A stretch of DNA of 63,974 nucleotides, filler included, from Cercozoa sp. M6MM (GCA_040357565.1; 12 parts of 12 records of this genome joined end to end with filler, not necessarily neighbours in it); one strand, 5' to 3'; positions 1 through 14,619 are shown, numbered from the whole stretch's first letter. The notes: generated by a model from the letters alone, not told the origin. Made by a program: numbers and translations.

Positions 1-36
<36 letters not shown>

Positions 37-81
37 GTGTGTGGGGGGGGGGGGGTAAAGGGACTAGCAAGCAGTGGCTAC

Positions 82-738
82 GTTGTCGCGGTACTGCGCC
101 AACGTGCGCTCGTTGACCGGCGTGTTTTCCTTCTCTGCAAACAACTCCGTTAGGACACCTCAGGTACCCGAGATTCAAACGACAATACCGAGATGCGCAA
201 TGTGTCGTCGCATCACTTCGGCCGCGATTTCGTCCGTTTTGCGCAGGTCCTGTCGAGTGAGACACACACACAATATCGGTAGGGACAGGAGAGAAAGAGG
301 AAGCCATGTGAGTACAAGTACCTCGGCACTGCCACTGCAACAGACCCATCGGAAGGGACCAAACCTACTCGAGAGAGGCAGAGGGGAGAATGAATGCAGG
401 CACAGGGACAGAGGAGGGAGGGAGTACCCAAGAGCAAAGATGTCGCCCATGATGTCCTCAACGTAGCTGGGATACTTGAACACTTGCAGCTTGTTGTTCT
501 CGTCGGTGTTCTCGACAGCGGCACCGGCGCGACTGGCCTCCAGCAGAGCGCTGTTGCCGTAGTCCCACCACTTGAGACCGTGCTCGTCCGACAGCGCGTT
601 GATGGCCGCGAACTGCCGTCGCAGCGACTCCTGCACGAGCTGCTTGAAGCGCTCCGGTTCCTCCACCATGCAGCGCTGCGACTCCTCGAACGAGAGCTGC
701 ACCGGGTAGTACCCGCCTCCCTGTGACACACACACTCT

Positions 739-789
<51 letters not shown>

Positions 790-1986
790 CTCTCTCTCTC
801 TCATGAGTACACACAGGTCAAACGCTACGTAGGGGTTGTGCAACGAGGTCTGATCACTGCCGAGGTCAGCGACCTTGTTGCCCTTCTTGGCCTCCTCTGT
901 CAGCAACGTACAGATTCCAACCCGGCATGCGACCAACACACATCAAGAAGACACCAGTGGGTACCAACCAGACGCTCCCACAAGTCAACGACATTGCCCA
1001 GGTACGCAATGCTGAGCGCTTGCTTGCTCTAACAACAGAACACCCGATCTCTTGTGTATCCGCGCGGAAGGACAACCACGCAATGTACCTTCTTGGCATC
1101 AATCGCCCTAATAAAAAGAAAAATGAGTATCAACACGGTCAAAGTAAGATCGGAAGAGTATACCACTGGATGACCTCGTCGAGGTTCGACGACCAGCGTT
1201 GCACCCAGCCCTATCACACACACACACATACACTTTCAACCTGCAATAGTAAAGGTAGTGCAAAGAGGACAGGAAGACACCTGCTCGTGACGCTTGTGCA
1301 TGGCGGCAGGGTCCACCTCGGCGATGATGGTGACGGCTCCGCAGATAACGGCAGCCTTGCCTTGTGCACCACTCATGCCGCCTGTGTACAGAGACATATG
1401 TACATATTTATAACATACATCTCTATGGATTAATAAAGGTGATATGTAAGAGACAGGTACCCAAGCCAGACGACACATAGCAGACACCCGACATGTCTGT
1501 AGACTCGGGAGCATACCGATGGGCACATCTCAGGTGGTACATCGAGTCAGTGCGAGGGTACCTTCCAGATCGAGGTACTTGCGAGCACCGTTGAGCAGCG
1601 TGAGTGTGGTGCCATGCACGATGCCCTGCGGACCAATGTAGCACCAGGAACCCGCCGTCATCTGGCCGTACATTGTGTTGCACATGGCGTACATGCGCTC
1701 GTAGTCCGGCAGCGTGGACCAGTTCGGAACCACCATGCCGTTGGTCAGCACGCAACGCGGCGCATCCGCGTGCGACGGGTACAGACCCTGCGGGTGGCCT
1801 ACGGGGAGGAGGAGGGGAAGGGATAAAGAGAGCGGGGCACATGACAAAGGCACACACCGCTGTTCATGACGAGAGTCTGCTCCTGCGTCATCTCGCTGAG
1901 GTATTGCATCACGAGCCAGAACTGCGCCCAGTTGTTGAACACCGAACCGTTGCCGCCGTAGGTGATCTGACATGAGACTCCACATT

Positions 1987-2032
<46 letters not shown>

Positions 2033-2698
2033 GCACAAGTTGTACCAGCTCGCGCGGAAACTGAGCGACCTCGTTGCTCAGGTTGTTGCAGATCTAAAGT
2101 AGAAAACGTGAGGTACAACGCAAGGCCAAGAGAGGGAGCTGCTGCTGCTGCTACCATGTGCATGATGCAGCGCGCTTGCTGCGTCTTGGCCGGAAACGCC
2201 TCGACCGGAGCCGCCTTCAGCAGAAACTCGGGCAACAAGCGGTAGCAGTAGATGTGGCCGTACTCCTTCCTGCCCACATCAAAATGCGCAGAACATAACA
2301 ACGAAACCTCTCTTCTGTTAGTCCGCAAAAAAGCCTCTACAGCTCAGCGGCAAACTCAGGCGCCAGCGTGGCATGCAGTTCCTACACTTACACTCAGCTA
2401 TTAAAGTGGCCTACCCACCGGAAAACGAAGCTGTACCTGCGGGAAGTAGCGCAGCACATTCTTCACGGCCTGACGGAATTCGTCCGACGTCAAGTTCGGA
2501 TTGCGCTTCGGCGCGTGCGGCACCTTTTTCGACCATTTACATTGACAAAAACACATACACACAGCACGACAAAGCCAGTACATCCGAGACGCCTTCGATG
2601 GCAATGTCGCGCGATTTCGCAGGCGGCAGGTCGGCCGAGCACTGCGGCAGACCCTTCGAGAGGACCGAAAGCTTCTGCGACCACTCGGCGACACTCAT
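82..2698 (-). CDS. UROC1: Urocanate hydratase, eukaryotic type (multi-exon, 3' end lost at contig start)
   Basis: Spliced translation MSVAEWSQKL...VPHAPKR...LRYFP...EFAAELKEYGHIYCYR...ITYGGNGSVFNNWAQF...MYGQMTAGSWCYIGPQGIVHGT...WWDYGN...YPSYVEDIMGDIFALG...FGPFRWVC; all introns GT-AG. Confidence 0.96.
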
Positions 2699-3141
2699 TC
2701 ACCCTGTGCTACAAGCACAAACAACTCACTGACATCACAACAGAACATATGCGGAGCAACTCGAACATTCACTGCGAATTGCAACGCAAAACGCCAAATA
2801 AAAGACATCCTCTATACCTAAATTCTAGTTTCACTTTGTTAAACTAAGTGCAGTAGCAGCGAACGCTCTCCGTGCGACAGACGGTGCAGTCCGTACGACT
2901 TTAGTCCAAAAGTACAGTTTTGTAGCCACTTGGTTTGTCACGCACGATCTGACTGCTTTAACCATCGCAGACGCGTGCAGTGACTCGAGTTAGTCCATAA
3001 AGCACGTAGTATAAGGTAGATCGCAGTTTATATTTTTCTGCGTGATCCCAGAGGCACACCGATTGTGGTGTTTGTTCGGACCCTGTGTGACGCACAGTGT
3101 GTTGTTAGCAAAAATCGTGCTTATACCTGTGTTTTCTAGGA

Positions 3142-4755
<1,614 letters not shown>

Positions 4756-4851
4756 GTGAGCTGAACGCTCAGTAACGCTTGCTTCCAGTGTAAATTCCGT
4801 TTGCTTGCACTTAATAAACCAAAGCAAACTCGACTGTCGATACAAAACGAA

Positions 4852-5188
4852 TTAGTCGAGCGTCTTGAGCGACTGCTTGGCAGCGTAAGCCTACCGAGGT
4901 GCCACATACACACACAGTGCACAGGACAGGACACAACAGAAACGGGAAAGAGCGAGACAGGAACGCACCTTGGTGGAGTCGAAGGAGTCAAAACGCGCCA
5001 CGCCGGTGGACGTGACGACCCAGAACTCGTTGGCCACGTGTCGCAGGAAATGCTGGTCGTGCGACACGACGAGAATGGCGCCCTTGTAGCCACCTGTAAG
5101 GATAAGAGTACATCAGCACGTGTTCTCCACTCAAAGCAAAGTGTACGCAGCGCATCGATCAGCGCGTCACACGTCTCAAGATCCAGGT
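4852..5188 (-). CDS. ABC-F family ATPase, C-terminal exons (5' part lost at contig end)
   Basis: Spliced (H)LDLETCDALIDAL|RGYKGAILVVSHDQHFLRHVANEFWVV...AYAAKQSLKTLD*, matching the NHLD...VSHD C-terminal ABC-F pattern; convergent with PCYT2, stops ~100 bp apart. Confidence 0.88.
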
Positions 5189-5217
5189 CTGTGTGTGTGT
5201 GTGGGGGGGGGGGGGGG

Positions 5218-5317
5218 NNNNNNNNNNNNNNNNNNNNNNNNNNNNNNNNNNNNNNNNNNNNTTAATTAATTAANNNNNNNNNNNNNNNNNNNNNNNNNNN
5301 NNNNNNNNNNNNNNNNN
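5218..5317. other. Artificial contig-joining linker N44-TTAATTAATTAA-N44 (also at 7738, 11591, 15136, 39332, 43106, 46474, 49864, 55753, 59236, 61732)
   Basis: Identical 100-bp unit with six-frame stop core repeated 11 times; genes are truncated at these positions. Confidence 0.98.
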
Positions 5318-5366
<49 letters not shown>

Positions 5367-5493
5367 CAAAGACAAAAAACAACAACAAAAACAACAAAAC
5401 AACAACAAAAACAACAAAACAACAAAAAAAAACAACAAGAAAAAAACAACAACAACCAACAGAACAACAACAACAACAAAAGAGAAAAGGCAC

Positions 5494-5938
5494 CGAAAAG
5501 TCTCCGTTCATGGCGCCGTGGAAGTCGGGCTTGTTGCCCTTCATGCGCGCCATCAGCGTAAACTGCGACACCAGGAGAATCTCGAGACCCTGCTGCTTGG
5601 CCGACTCGGCCCACGGCTTGCCGTCGGCATCTGACGATACCCACATACTTTTTGTTCATTCCTGTATTTTCCGCCATCCGCGCGGAAGGGGAAAAACAAC
5701 AAAAACAACAACTGACTCGAGAACACGCGCAGGTTGGCGAGCTTCTTGGCCAGTTTGTGCGCCGAGAGCAGGTGATCGTCCTTGTGGATGCCGACGAGAC
5801 AGAGCAGGCCGCGACCGATGCGCGCCACCTCTGTAGCCACCTCACATTTGATGATCGGAAATGCGCGCACAGAATTCAGCCACCTTCGCCGCCAACAGAC
5901 ACGCCTCCGGCACTAACCCGCTGCACAATAACCTTCAT
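5494..5938 (-). CDS. DTD1: D-aminoacyl-tRNA deacylase (3' end lost)
   Basis: MKVIVQRVSAGGVSVGGE|EVARIGRGLLCLVGI...LRVF...KPW...ILLVSQFTL...KGNKPDFHGAM; SQFTL motif. Confidence 0.95.
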
Positions 5939-6136
5939 TGCTCTAACTCAGACCTACACACACTCAGGAATCTACTGCGCTGCGCTGCTGGATCGTGATT
6001 TTTTTAACTTTCGTCCACTGGCTCCTGCTGCTGTGCAACAACACCATCGTGCGGCAGAGCGTGCGCAGGCGTGTGAATATAGTGCGAAGAATCATATCGC
6101 GGTAGGGAAGGACGTAGAAACCTGGCAGAACCGAAC

Positions 6137-7498
6137 ATGGCGTTCGACGCGACGCAGATCGAGGTGTCAGGCTACATGGGTGACCCTTTTTTATTCTTCC
6201 CTGGTCACTGTGACCGCGCGGATGGTTTGCAACGCAGTGAAACGCGGCGAGGTGCGTCGTAGCTTTAAGCGTCGTTTCTGCGTTATCTACCACGATGGCA
6301 TCCTGGAATACTACCAGCGGTCTTATTCACTTTCGTTTTTTGCTTTTCTGGGCATTGTCGAGTTGGTTTACCTGCTTCATTGCTTCACTTTCACAGCGAG
6401 GAACAACGCGGATCGAACTTGAATACGATGCTTGGGTAGTCTTCTGCTCTTTCTTGGATCGAAAGCGTATCTGAGTGTTGCTGCAGTCACTTGGACCTGT
6501 CGTCGGCACTCAGCGTTGGACGCAGCTGCGAAAAATCGCTTCAAACTGTACCGCACGTGTAGAGACTTTTTGTATCTTGTTTTCTCGTTCTTCAATGAAA
6601 TCTTTGACAGCCCGAGCTTGCGATTGATGTGGTCACCCCGACGTAAACTCCAACTTGAAGCGTTTTGCTGCTTTTGTTTCACTGGAAGCTTCTCGTTGCA
6701 GACGCACTTGGGTCTTCATTGCTGAGACATACACAGACTTTGCCGCCTGGCTAAAAGTGAACTCACTTGTGTTTTTGTGTTTTGGATTGTCTGAACTGCT
6801 TGCATGTGCTTTCAGGCAATGCGGCGTTTCTGTCCGCGAGATTGCAACAGTAGATTTTCGCTTTGTGCCTTGTGCTGGACTAAAGTCGAATCGTGCTTTA
6901 ACTTTTGCAGGACTCAGTTTGATCTACGAAGGCTGGCTAACCAAGCGTGGTATGTCTTTCATTGCTAAGCACGAGAGTTATCCTGTGTGAACTTTGAGAA
7001 GGCCACGTCGTACGCAACTGGAAGGCGCGATACGTGATCATCGCACGTGGCTACTTGGCCTACTTTTTCGATGAGGCCGAGTGTGAAAAGGTGAAACGCG
7101 TCGGCGGACACAGCGCCGAAGTCTTTGCGCAAGCACTCGAACAGTACGCTCGAGTAAGTTGACTCTTCTCTGTTGACTCAACACGTCTGTGTGTCTGACC
7201 ATCTGACCCCACCCCCCCCCCCCCTCATGTGCAGGGCTTTTTTCGATTGGACCACGCCACAGTAACCAAAGTCGGCAACGTCGAGCGCCGGCGTCACATT
7301 TTCCGCATCGATGTGCCGAACGGAAACAGCACGAAACGCTACCTGTGGCAGCCGTCATCGGCCGAGGATTGCGATTCGTGGTACGCACAAGGCAGTCCTC
7401 AAGCTGCTGACTGAGAGAAAACTCCTGTGTCTGTTGTGGCGGCAGGGTCGACGTCATTCGCGTTCAGTTGAGTGGCGAGCACCGACTGCACCTCGAAG
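6137..7498 (+). CDS. Tandem PH-domain protein (3' end lost)
   Basis: EVSGYM|VKRGEVRRSFKRRFCVI...LEYY and second repeat IYEGWLTKRG...RNWKARY...YLWQPSSAEDCDSW|VDVI. Confidence 0.8.
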
Positions 7499-7515
7499 GT
7501 ACTCTTGCACTCAAG

Positions 7516-7734
<219 letters not shown>

Positions 7735-7837
7735 CCANNNNNNNNNNNNNNNNNNNNNNNNNNNNNNNNNNNNNNNNNNNNTTAATTAATTAANNNNNNN
7801 NNNNNNNNNNNNNNNNNNNNNNNNNNNNNNNNNNNNN

Positions 7838-7887
<50 letters not shown>

Positions 7888-7894
7888 ACGGAGA

Positions 7895-8289
7895 GAGTGA
7901 CGTCTTCGAACTGCACCTCGTCTTGCTCGCGTCTCACCGACTCAGTCGCAGCCTCCGCATCGACTTCTGGACACAACAGACGTGCCCAGCACAGACACAG
8001 ACCAGACACAGACACAAAGGACACACGATCATCCTCGTCGTTGCTGCCAGTTTTGCCTTGCTTGCATTTCTGTTCGATTGCAGCACACCACACGTTGAAA
8101 GCACATCACACGTCTCTGTGCGAACAGTGCTCCTCAAAATACCTGCTGTCGCACGTACAGGAACGCACCCAGGCCAACTGCAAAAATATCGAAATAATGG
8201 CTTGGGAGGACATGTAAAAAGTACACGCTACCCAATCCAAGCGTTGCGGCGGTCACGACGACCACCCAGCGTGTTCTTGACACCACCAT
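7895..8289 (-). CDS. Hypothetical protein with N-terminal signal-anchor (5' exons only); layout resembles outer-membrane receptors such as Tom70, unverified
   Basis: MVVSRTRWVVVVTAATLGL|VGLGAFLYVRQQ...KCKQGKTGSNDEDD...EVDAEAATESVRREQDEVQFEDVTL. Confidence 0.5.
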
Positions 8290-8463
8290 CGGCCCGTTTG
8301 TAAGACTGATGCAAGACACAGTGCCAAAAAAAAAAATCCCGACTCGCTGGGTTCGACAGCAATCAAAAAGATCAGCACACCGGCACTCCTGTCACCCAGC
8401 GACGTGCGAGATATAACAGGCGACACACACGATCGTGCTCAATTATACTCTGGCACACCGTTG

Positions 8464-9392
8464 ATGTCACTTCAGCGCAAATTGGCCCAGCAAGCCTCGA
8501 CTGATCTGTTTCTCCCAACTGACGGTGCGTTTCATCACGTGTGTGTCGCAGGATTTGCCTTTGATTGCAACACGCCATCTACATGTGCAGATGAGACACT
8601 GGTCAAGGTGACAGAACTTAGAGGGTCCAACGTCGTGCAGGTTGCGAGGTATTGTGCGTTTCTCAACACGAGTCAGTCGGATTGGACACGTGCGTGTGTG
8701 GTCTGCAAAGTGCGCAAGGTGTCGAGTACCTGGCACGCATTCCGGCCAGGTTCGTCAAGCGTGTCTGGGTCAAAAAAGGTGGTTTCGTGACAGTTATCGG
8801 CGGCGACGAGGAGGACAATGTCCAGGTGTCTAAGCAGGTACGCACTGGTCCGTCTGTTCCTGTTCCGACTGACCACATACGGACATCACATCAGGTCTCG
8901 CGCATCCTGGGTGAGCAGCACATCCAGCACCTGTACGAACAAGTACTTTTTTCTCTCTCTCCTTCGTTAAGGGAGGAATATGCCTGGTCGACACTATCTT
9001 GACAGGGCGTCTGGCCGCAAGAGTTCTTGTCGGCAGTGCCGCGGCCCTCACGCACCGCCGGTATCCCATGTGCACCTTTGGTCCTAACTTTCGTGTTTGA
9101 TTTTGCAAACTTCTGCTGACTGATTTGACATATCTCAAGTTGTTTTGTAGTGCAAGCACTGTCCGCAGACGAGGCTGCTAGACAACAGCAACTGCTCGAG
9201 GTAGGTCTCTTTTCGCTCTTCAGTTTTTCTTTGTTATAGGCCCCCCCCCCAAAAACTGATCGTTTTGTGTGTCCCGTCCCTGGACAGGAACGCATGGAGC
9301 GCGAGTTGCAGCTTGAGCGCTTGAGGGCCGAGGAGGCTGCACAGCAGCAAACGAGCAGCGACTCGAGCGACTCCGAGTCCGATTCTGATTGA
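8464..9392 (+). CDS. EIF1AD: eIF1A-domain RNA-binding protein
   Basis: ETLVKVTELRGSNVVQV...YLARIPARFVKRVWVKKGGFVTV...VSRIL...HIQHL...GVWPQEF; acidic C-terminus SSDSSDSESDSD*. Confidence 0.85.
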
Positions 9393-9559
9393 ACCTGTCC
9401 AGATTTAAGTGTTTCGCAACTAGACTCGTTACAATGGTACGGTACTCACTATATATAGCGAGCGATCGGTTATCTCTAGTCTCGTCTAAGTTAACTGTAC
9501 GTAGATCAAAGTACTAAAGCTACTGAACAGAACGCAGCGCTGCGGCCAAATGCACGTCA

Positions 9560-11558
9560 CTGACACGTCTCGGCGATAGCTACAAAGAGCACTTCCCACA
9601 GTTAGTTCCCCCCAACACATACGACACACAGAGGCAGTACAACTCAACGAACGACGCATCCGGGGCTGCAAGCGAGAAAACGCGGGCTCGGACTCGCCTG
9701 GGAAAGATACAGAAATCAACACAAGACGTACTCCCCCAAAAGGCACAGCAGCATCCGCGCGGACCCTGTAAGATACCAAGATCATCATAGTCATCATCCG
9801 AGTCGTCACTTTGGTCAAAGTAGTCAGTATCATCGCTGTCAGCAGCGATCTCTTCCTGATCCGACAGTGCAGTGTCCAGTTCTGAGTGCTCATGTTGCTG
9901 CTGCTGCTGCTGCTCCGCCAGTGGCGCCAGCGTCGGCGACGAAAACGTCGGCACCAGACGCGTCTGCGGCATGCCAAAGAAGAGCGCGCCCTGCGAGGGG
10001 AGGGGGTAAGGGGACGGGTGCGAGGGGGGGGGGGACTCTACCTGTCGCGCGCGTCGTCGTCGTTCGCCCTTGCGACGAGACTCCTGCCCATACACACACG
10101 CACTTAATGATCGCCCAATGATCGCCCAGTGATCGCTCAGTGATCACAGAGTGACCACCAACGATCAACAAGGCCGCACCCAGAGACGTCGGCGCGTGTG
10201 TTTGTCGCCGACCATGTCGACGTCCTCGGAGATGGCCGGCGCCGATCGCGGCGCAGCAGTGACGGCGCCGCTCGGCGTGTCCGCGCGGAAGCGCCGCTGC
10301 AGCGGAGGCGCCGCCAGCGGGTCGGCGCGCAGGCGGAGCGACGCCGCCTGCGACAGCGCGAGCGACGTGTCGCGATGCAGAGCCACTCTGCCCAGTCAGT
10401 CAGTCAGTCAGTCAGTCAGTCAGAGTGGTCACTCAGTCAGTCAGAGTGGTCAGTCAGTCAGTCAGAGTGGTCACGTGGTCACCCAGTCAGAGTGACCACC
10501 CAGTCAGAGCAAGAGGTACCGACTGCTGCGCCGCCGACGGCCGCCACGTGCCTGCGCGTGCGCCTGCCGCAGCTGCGCCTGCTGCGCCGCCTCCTCCAGC
10601 AGCAGCGGCGACTCCTCCTACACACACAGACACGTGCCCAGTCAATAGTGACAGTGAGACACGTGCCCAGTGACACGTGTCCACTGACACGTGCCCACTC
10701 AACAGTGACAGTGAGACACGTGCCCAGTGAGAGAGACACGTGCGCAGTGGTACCGCAGGCAGCGACTGCAGTCCCAGCAGCACCGGCAACGACAGCGACA
10801 GCGCGTGCGCCGCCAGTCGCACCTGCACACACACACACACACACACGTGTCCCAGTGACCACGTGTCCCAGTGACCACGTGTCCCAGTGATCAACCACTC
10901 AGTACCAGAGCACGTGGCGACGACCGCAGCTGCAGCAACACGCCGCCGCGCGGTCCCAGCAGCACCGTCAGCAGGTGCGACCACGCCGACGGCATACCCG
11001 TCCTGGAGGTCAACAGGGGGGGGGGGGGGACAATAGGGGATACACAGAGGGATAAATAGGGGGATAAACATGGAGGTAAACGGGGATAAATAGGGGGGTT
11101 AATAGGGGGGTTAACAGGGGGGTTAATAGGGAGGTTAATAGGGGGGTAAATAGGGGGCTTAATAGGGGGGTAAATAGGGGGCTTAATAGGGGGATAAATA
11201 GGGGGATAAATAGGGAGGTAGATAGGGGTAAAGAGGGGGTAAACAGGTGGCTACAACTGCGCGAACAGCGAGGTGTCATCGGGTGCAGGCCACTCGGCCC
11301 CGGCCACTGCCGCGCGACGTCTCCGCTCCGACACCGCGTCTGGGGGTCAACAGGGGGGTAAACAGGGGGGTAAACAGGGGGGTAAACAGGGGGGTAAACA
11401 GAGAGGTAACTAGGGAGGTAAACAGAGAGGTAACTAGGGGGGTAAACAGGGGGGTAAACAGCGGGGTAAACAGGGGGGTAAAGCCACCATTGCCGGCAAA
11501 GACGAGGTGCGCCGTGCGCGTCAGTTGCGCTGCCATACGCGTCAGCACACGCGCCGAT
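9560..11558 (-). CDS. Hypothetical multi-exon protein (partial); introns packed with minisatellites
   Basis: GC-rich exons bounded by GT-AG join in frame (SARVLTRMAAQLTRTAHLVFAGN|DAVSERRRR...|TGMPSAWSHLLTVLL...|VRLAAHALSLSLPVLL...); no family recognised. Confidence 0.55.
11030..11482. repeat. Intronic minisatellite, ~12-bp unit TAAAYAGGGGGG
   Basis: Tandem copies in two adjacent introns; related units on several other contigs. Confidence 0.9.
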
Positions 11559-11744
11559 CTGCACATTTGTTAAGGGGGCCATACACACCCNNNNNNNNNN
11601 NNNNNNNNNNNNNNNNNNNNNNNNNNNNNNNNNNTTAATTAATTAANNNNNNNNNNNNNNNNNNNNNNNNNNNNNNNNNNNNNNNNNNNNATATATATAT
11701 ATAGACATATGTATACACAGAGAGTAGAGACAAGAGTACACGAG

Positions 11745-12672
11745 GACTGCGCCAGAGGCACGTCGACGTGATCGACGCGGCGGTAGAAGAGCAGGTAGGC
11801 CTGCACGCGCAGTACCTCCTGTGTGGACACGCGTGTCACGCACGAGTCGTCCATGAGGAACCACTGGTCGCCGTTGCGTCGCACGTAGGCCACGTAGTGC
11901 CCGAAGCCCATGCTGCTGCCACGGTGCTCCACCAGGCCCGACAACTCGTACTTTACCTGCAGGCCAGTATCCCTATCTGCAAGGACGGGGGGGGGGGCCC
12001 CCGGGGGTAAATCACCGAGCCACGTCGCACGGTGAGGAACTCGCCGACATCCAGTGCGAGCGGAAACTTCACGTGCGTACCGATCTTGCCGCCGCCCGAA
12101 CGGCCGCCCATCATGCTGTCCCACAGGTCATCGTCCGAGTCCGAGTCCATGTCCATGTGCAGGTCCATCTCGACATCACGCATCTCCAGCATCTGCACTC
12201 GCTGTCGCTTCTTCTTGTTCTTGTTCTTGTTCTTGTTCTTCTTGTTGTTGTTGTTGTTGTTGCTGTTGTTGTTGTTGTTGTTGTTGTTGTGCTTGTGCTT
12301 GAACTGCTTCTTGAACTTCTGTCTTCTGTAAATTTAAGAATATAGGTATAAACATATCAATACAACAGATCTCTATTTATATGTACATATACATATCTAT
12401 GCGCATACCAATATAGACAGACATCCATATAATGTCAAAGTACCCAAAGAAACGCTGTTTGCCGCCGCCGAACAGAGCGAACGGCGACTGACGGAAACGT
12501 TTCAAGTGCACCGTCAGCACACGCGGCGGGTGAAAGATACTCATGCGCTTCTCCGCGCGGACCTACACAAACACGTCCGAATGTACGCATTCGCGCGGGC
12601 ACGAGTGATATATATAGAGAGAGAGAGATATATATATATAATATATACATATATATATATATATATAGAGAG

Positions 12673-12708
<36 letters not shown>

Positions 12709-14168
12709 TCTGTGTACCTTGCGATCGCACTGCGAGCAGCGGTACTTGTTGTCGCCGTCGAGAATGTCGGGCGCAGTGAAGTGCTGCAGACACCGGTGCA
12801 GTGTCAGCGGCTTCTTCTTCTGTCCAAGCATACCTATATTTCTGTCCATGTCTACATACATTATATCTATATATATATATATATCAATACATATCAATAT
12901 CATTATACACACATACAGTAAATATACACACAAGGATACAGAGATAGATACATGGGAGGGCAGTTCGAGCGACAGGTCCAGCATGGCGTCAAACTTGTGA
13001 CTCGCGTGCTTGCACTCCGAGCACTGCACCGACGATGCTGATCAACCAGGAGGTAGGGGAGGGGGTAAGACAGGGGGGGGGGGGTAAACACGCCAAAGCT
13101 ACCCAAGTAGCCGCCGAAAACGCGATGCACGAGCGAGGTTTCCTTCAGTCGCTCCGACGCCTTAATCTTTGGCTGCTTGCCCTGGTAAGCAGAGGGTAAG
13201 GGGTGGGAGTAGGGGAGGGGGTAAAAGACAGGCAAAGAGCGTACCGGCGGAGCACGCAGAGCGCGAGGCAGCGAGTGCTCGTGCACCTGCTCGAGCAGGC
13301 AGCGCAGGAACTCGTGCGCGTCCTCCTGCGCGCCCTGCTGCAGCGCGCCGTGCGACATTCTCTCCAGTCGCGAGAACACCGAGCGCGGCGCCATCACACT
13401 CGCCTCCGACTGCGGCGTCGTTGCCACCGACATCTGCTCCAAGCAACTCGACTCAACCCGACTCAACTCAACTCAAAGCAACTTAACTCAACTCAAAGCA
13501 ACTCAACTCAACTCAACACAAAGCAAAGCAACTCAACTCAACTCAACTCAACTCAACTCAAAGCCATCCGGAAGCAACTCAACTCGGAAGCAACTCAACT
13601 CAAACAGCAACGCACCTTGAGAAACAGACGCTCAGCGATGCACACAAAGCACGTGAGTTTCTTCTGTCCCGACGCCTGGCGACACATCACATAGACACAC
13701 ACAGACACAGACACAGACACAGACACAGACAGACACAGACACAGACACACACAAGGCAGGAACTACATTGTGCCGAGCCACCTGGCAGCTCGCCGAGTGA
13801 TGCGACAGCAGCAGCGCGTGCAGCAGCGGCGGCGCGTGCGCCAAGCACTGCAGCGTCGCGTTCAGGAAACACGAGTTGCCGAGGTTCCGCAGACCGGCGC
13901 TCTGCTTGCGCCGCACGCGACCGGCCGGCACCGTCAGAGGCCAGCCTGTGCACACACTCGCATTGACACCGCCAGTGGCAACATGCTGTACCATTGTGAT
14001 GCGTCAGTAATGAGTCCGCGAACAACTCGCCGGCCGGTGCGGCAAAGCCCGTGTGTTTGTCGACCACATCGGCGCGCTTGACAAGCTGCACGACACCAAC
14101 ACATGCACTCACACCCACACAGAACATCACATTCTCACCTTGTGGAGTTCCCCCTCGGTAATCTCCAT
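11745..14168 (-). CDS. Ubiquitin-specific protease (peptidase C19; USP36/USP42-like)
   Basis: Cys box GLRNLGNSCFLNATLQCLAH, QEDAHEFL, CSEC...LDLSL, NKYRCSQC, HLKRF, His box VEHRGSSMGFGHYVAYV, WFLMDDS, AYLLFY. Confidence 0.93.
13445..13605. repeat. (CTCAA)n pentanucleotide repeat in a USP intron
   Basis: Direct inspection. Confidence 0.9.
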
Positions 14169-14619
14169 ACGCAAGCGCGTGCTCACACTACACTAAGTGC
14201 CCACGCACGCCTGTGATCGTGTAATACGGACTCTGTGTTGCCTGTTTCTTTCGGCTCTGGTGATCTTTTCGTGTGGATGCCGTCCGCCTGTCCGCGGGTG
14301 TGACTCAAGCTGCTTGTGCACCGGACAACAACATAAACAGTTCGGCAGTAGTGAGAGTGTGTGTGCAATACAGGTTGTAGGTAATGTTTCCTCGTTTCAT
14401 CTGCCATACCACAAAATCTGTCTGGAAGGCGGAGGGTTGCAATGTCAGTACTCCACCTGATTAGTACATAGCGACCCATGTACTTTATGAATACGTTCGC
14501 TCGGCGAAACGACGGCTGGAGACCTTTCGAGGGGGGTTACGATAGTGTCACCGTACTTAATTTGATTGACCAGAGTCACGTAGAGCGACCCCAAGATGAT
14601 GATGACCGGAGTTTCTCCG

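Noticed and set aside
5262-5273. Recurrent palindrome TTAATTAATTAA as a biological repeat or CRISPR-like array
   Set aside because: Always centred in N runs; artificial linker. No CRISPR array or cas gene is present in the window.
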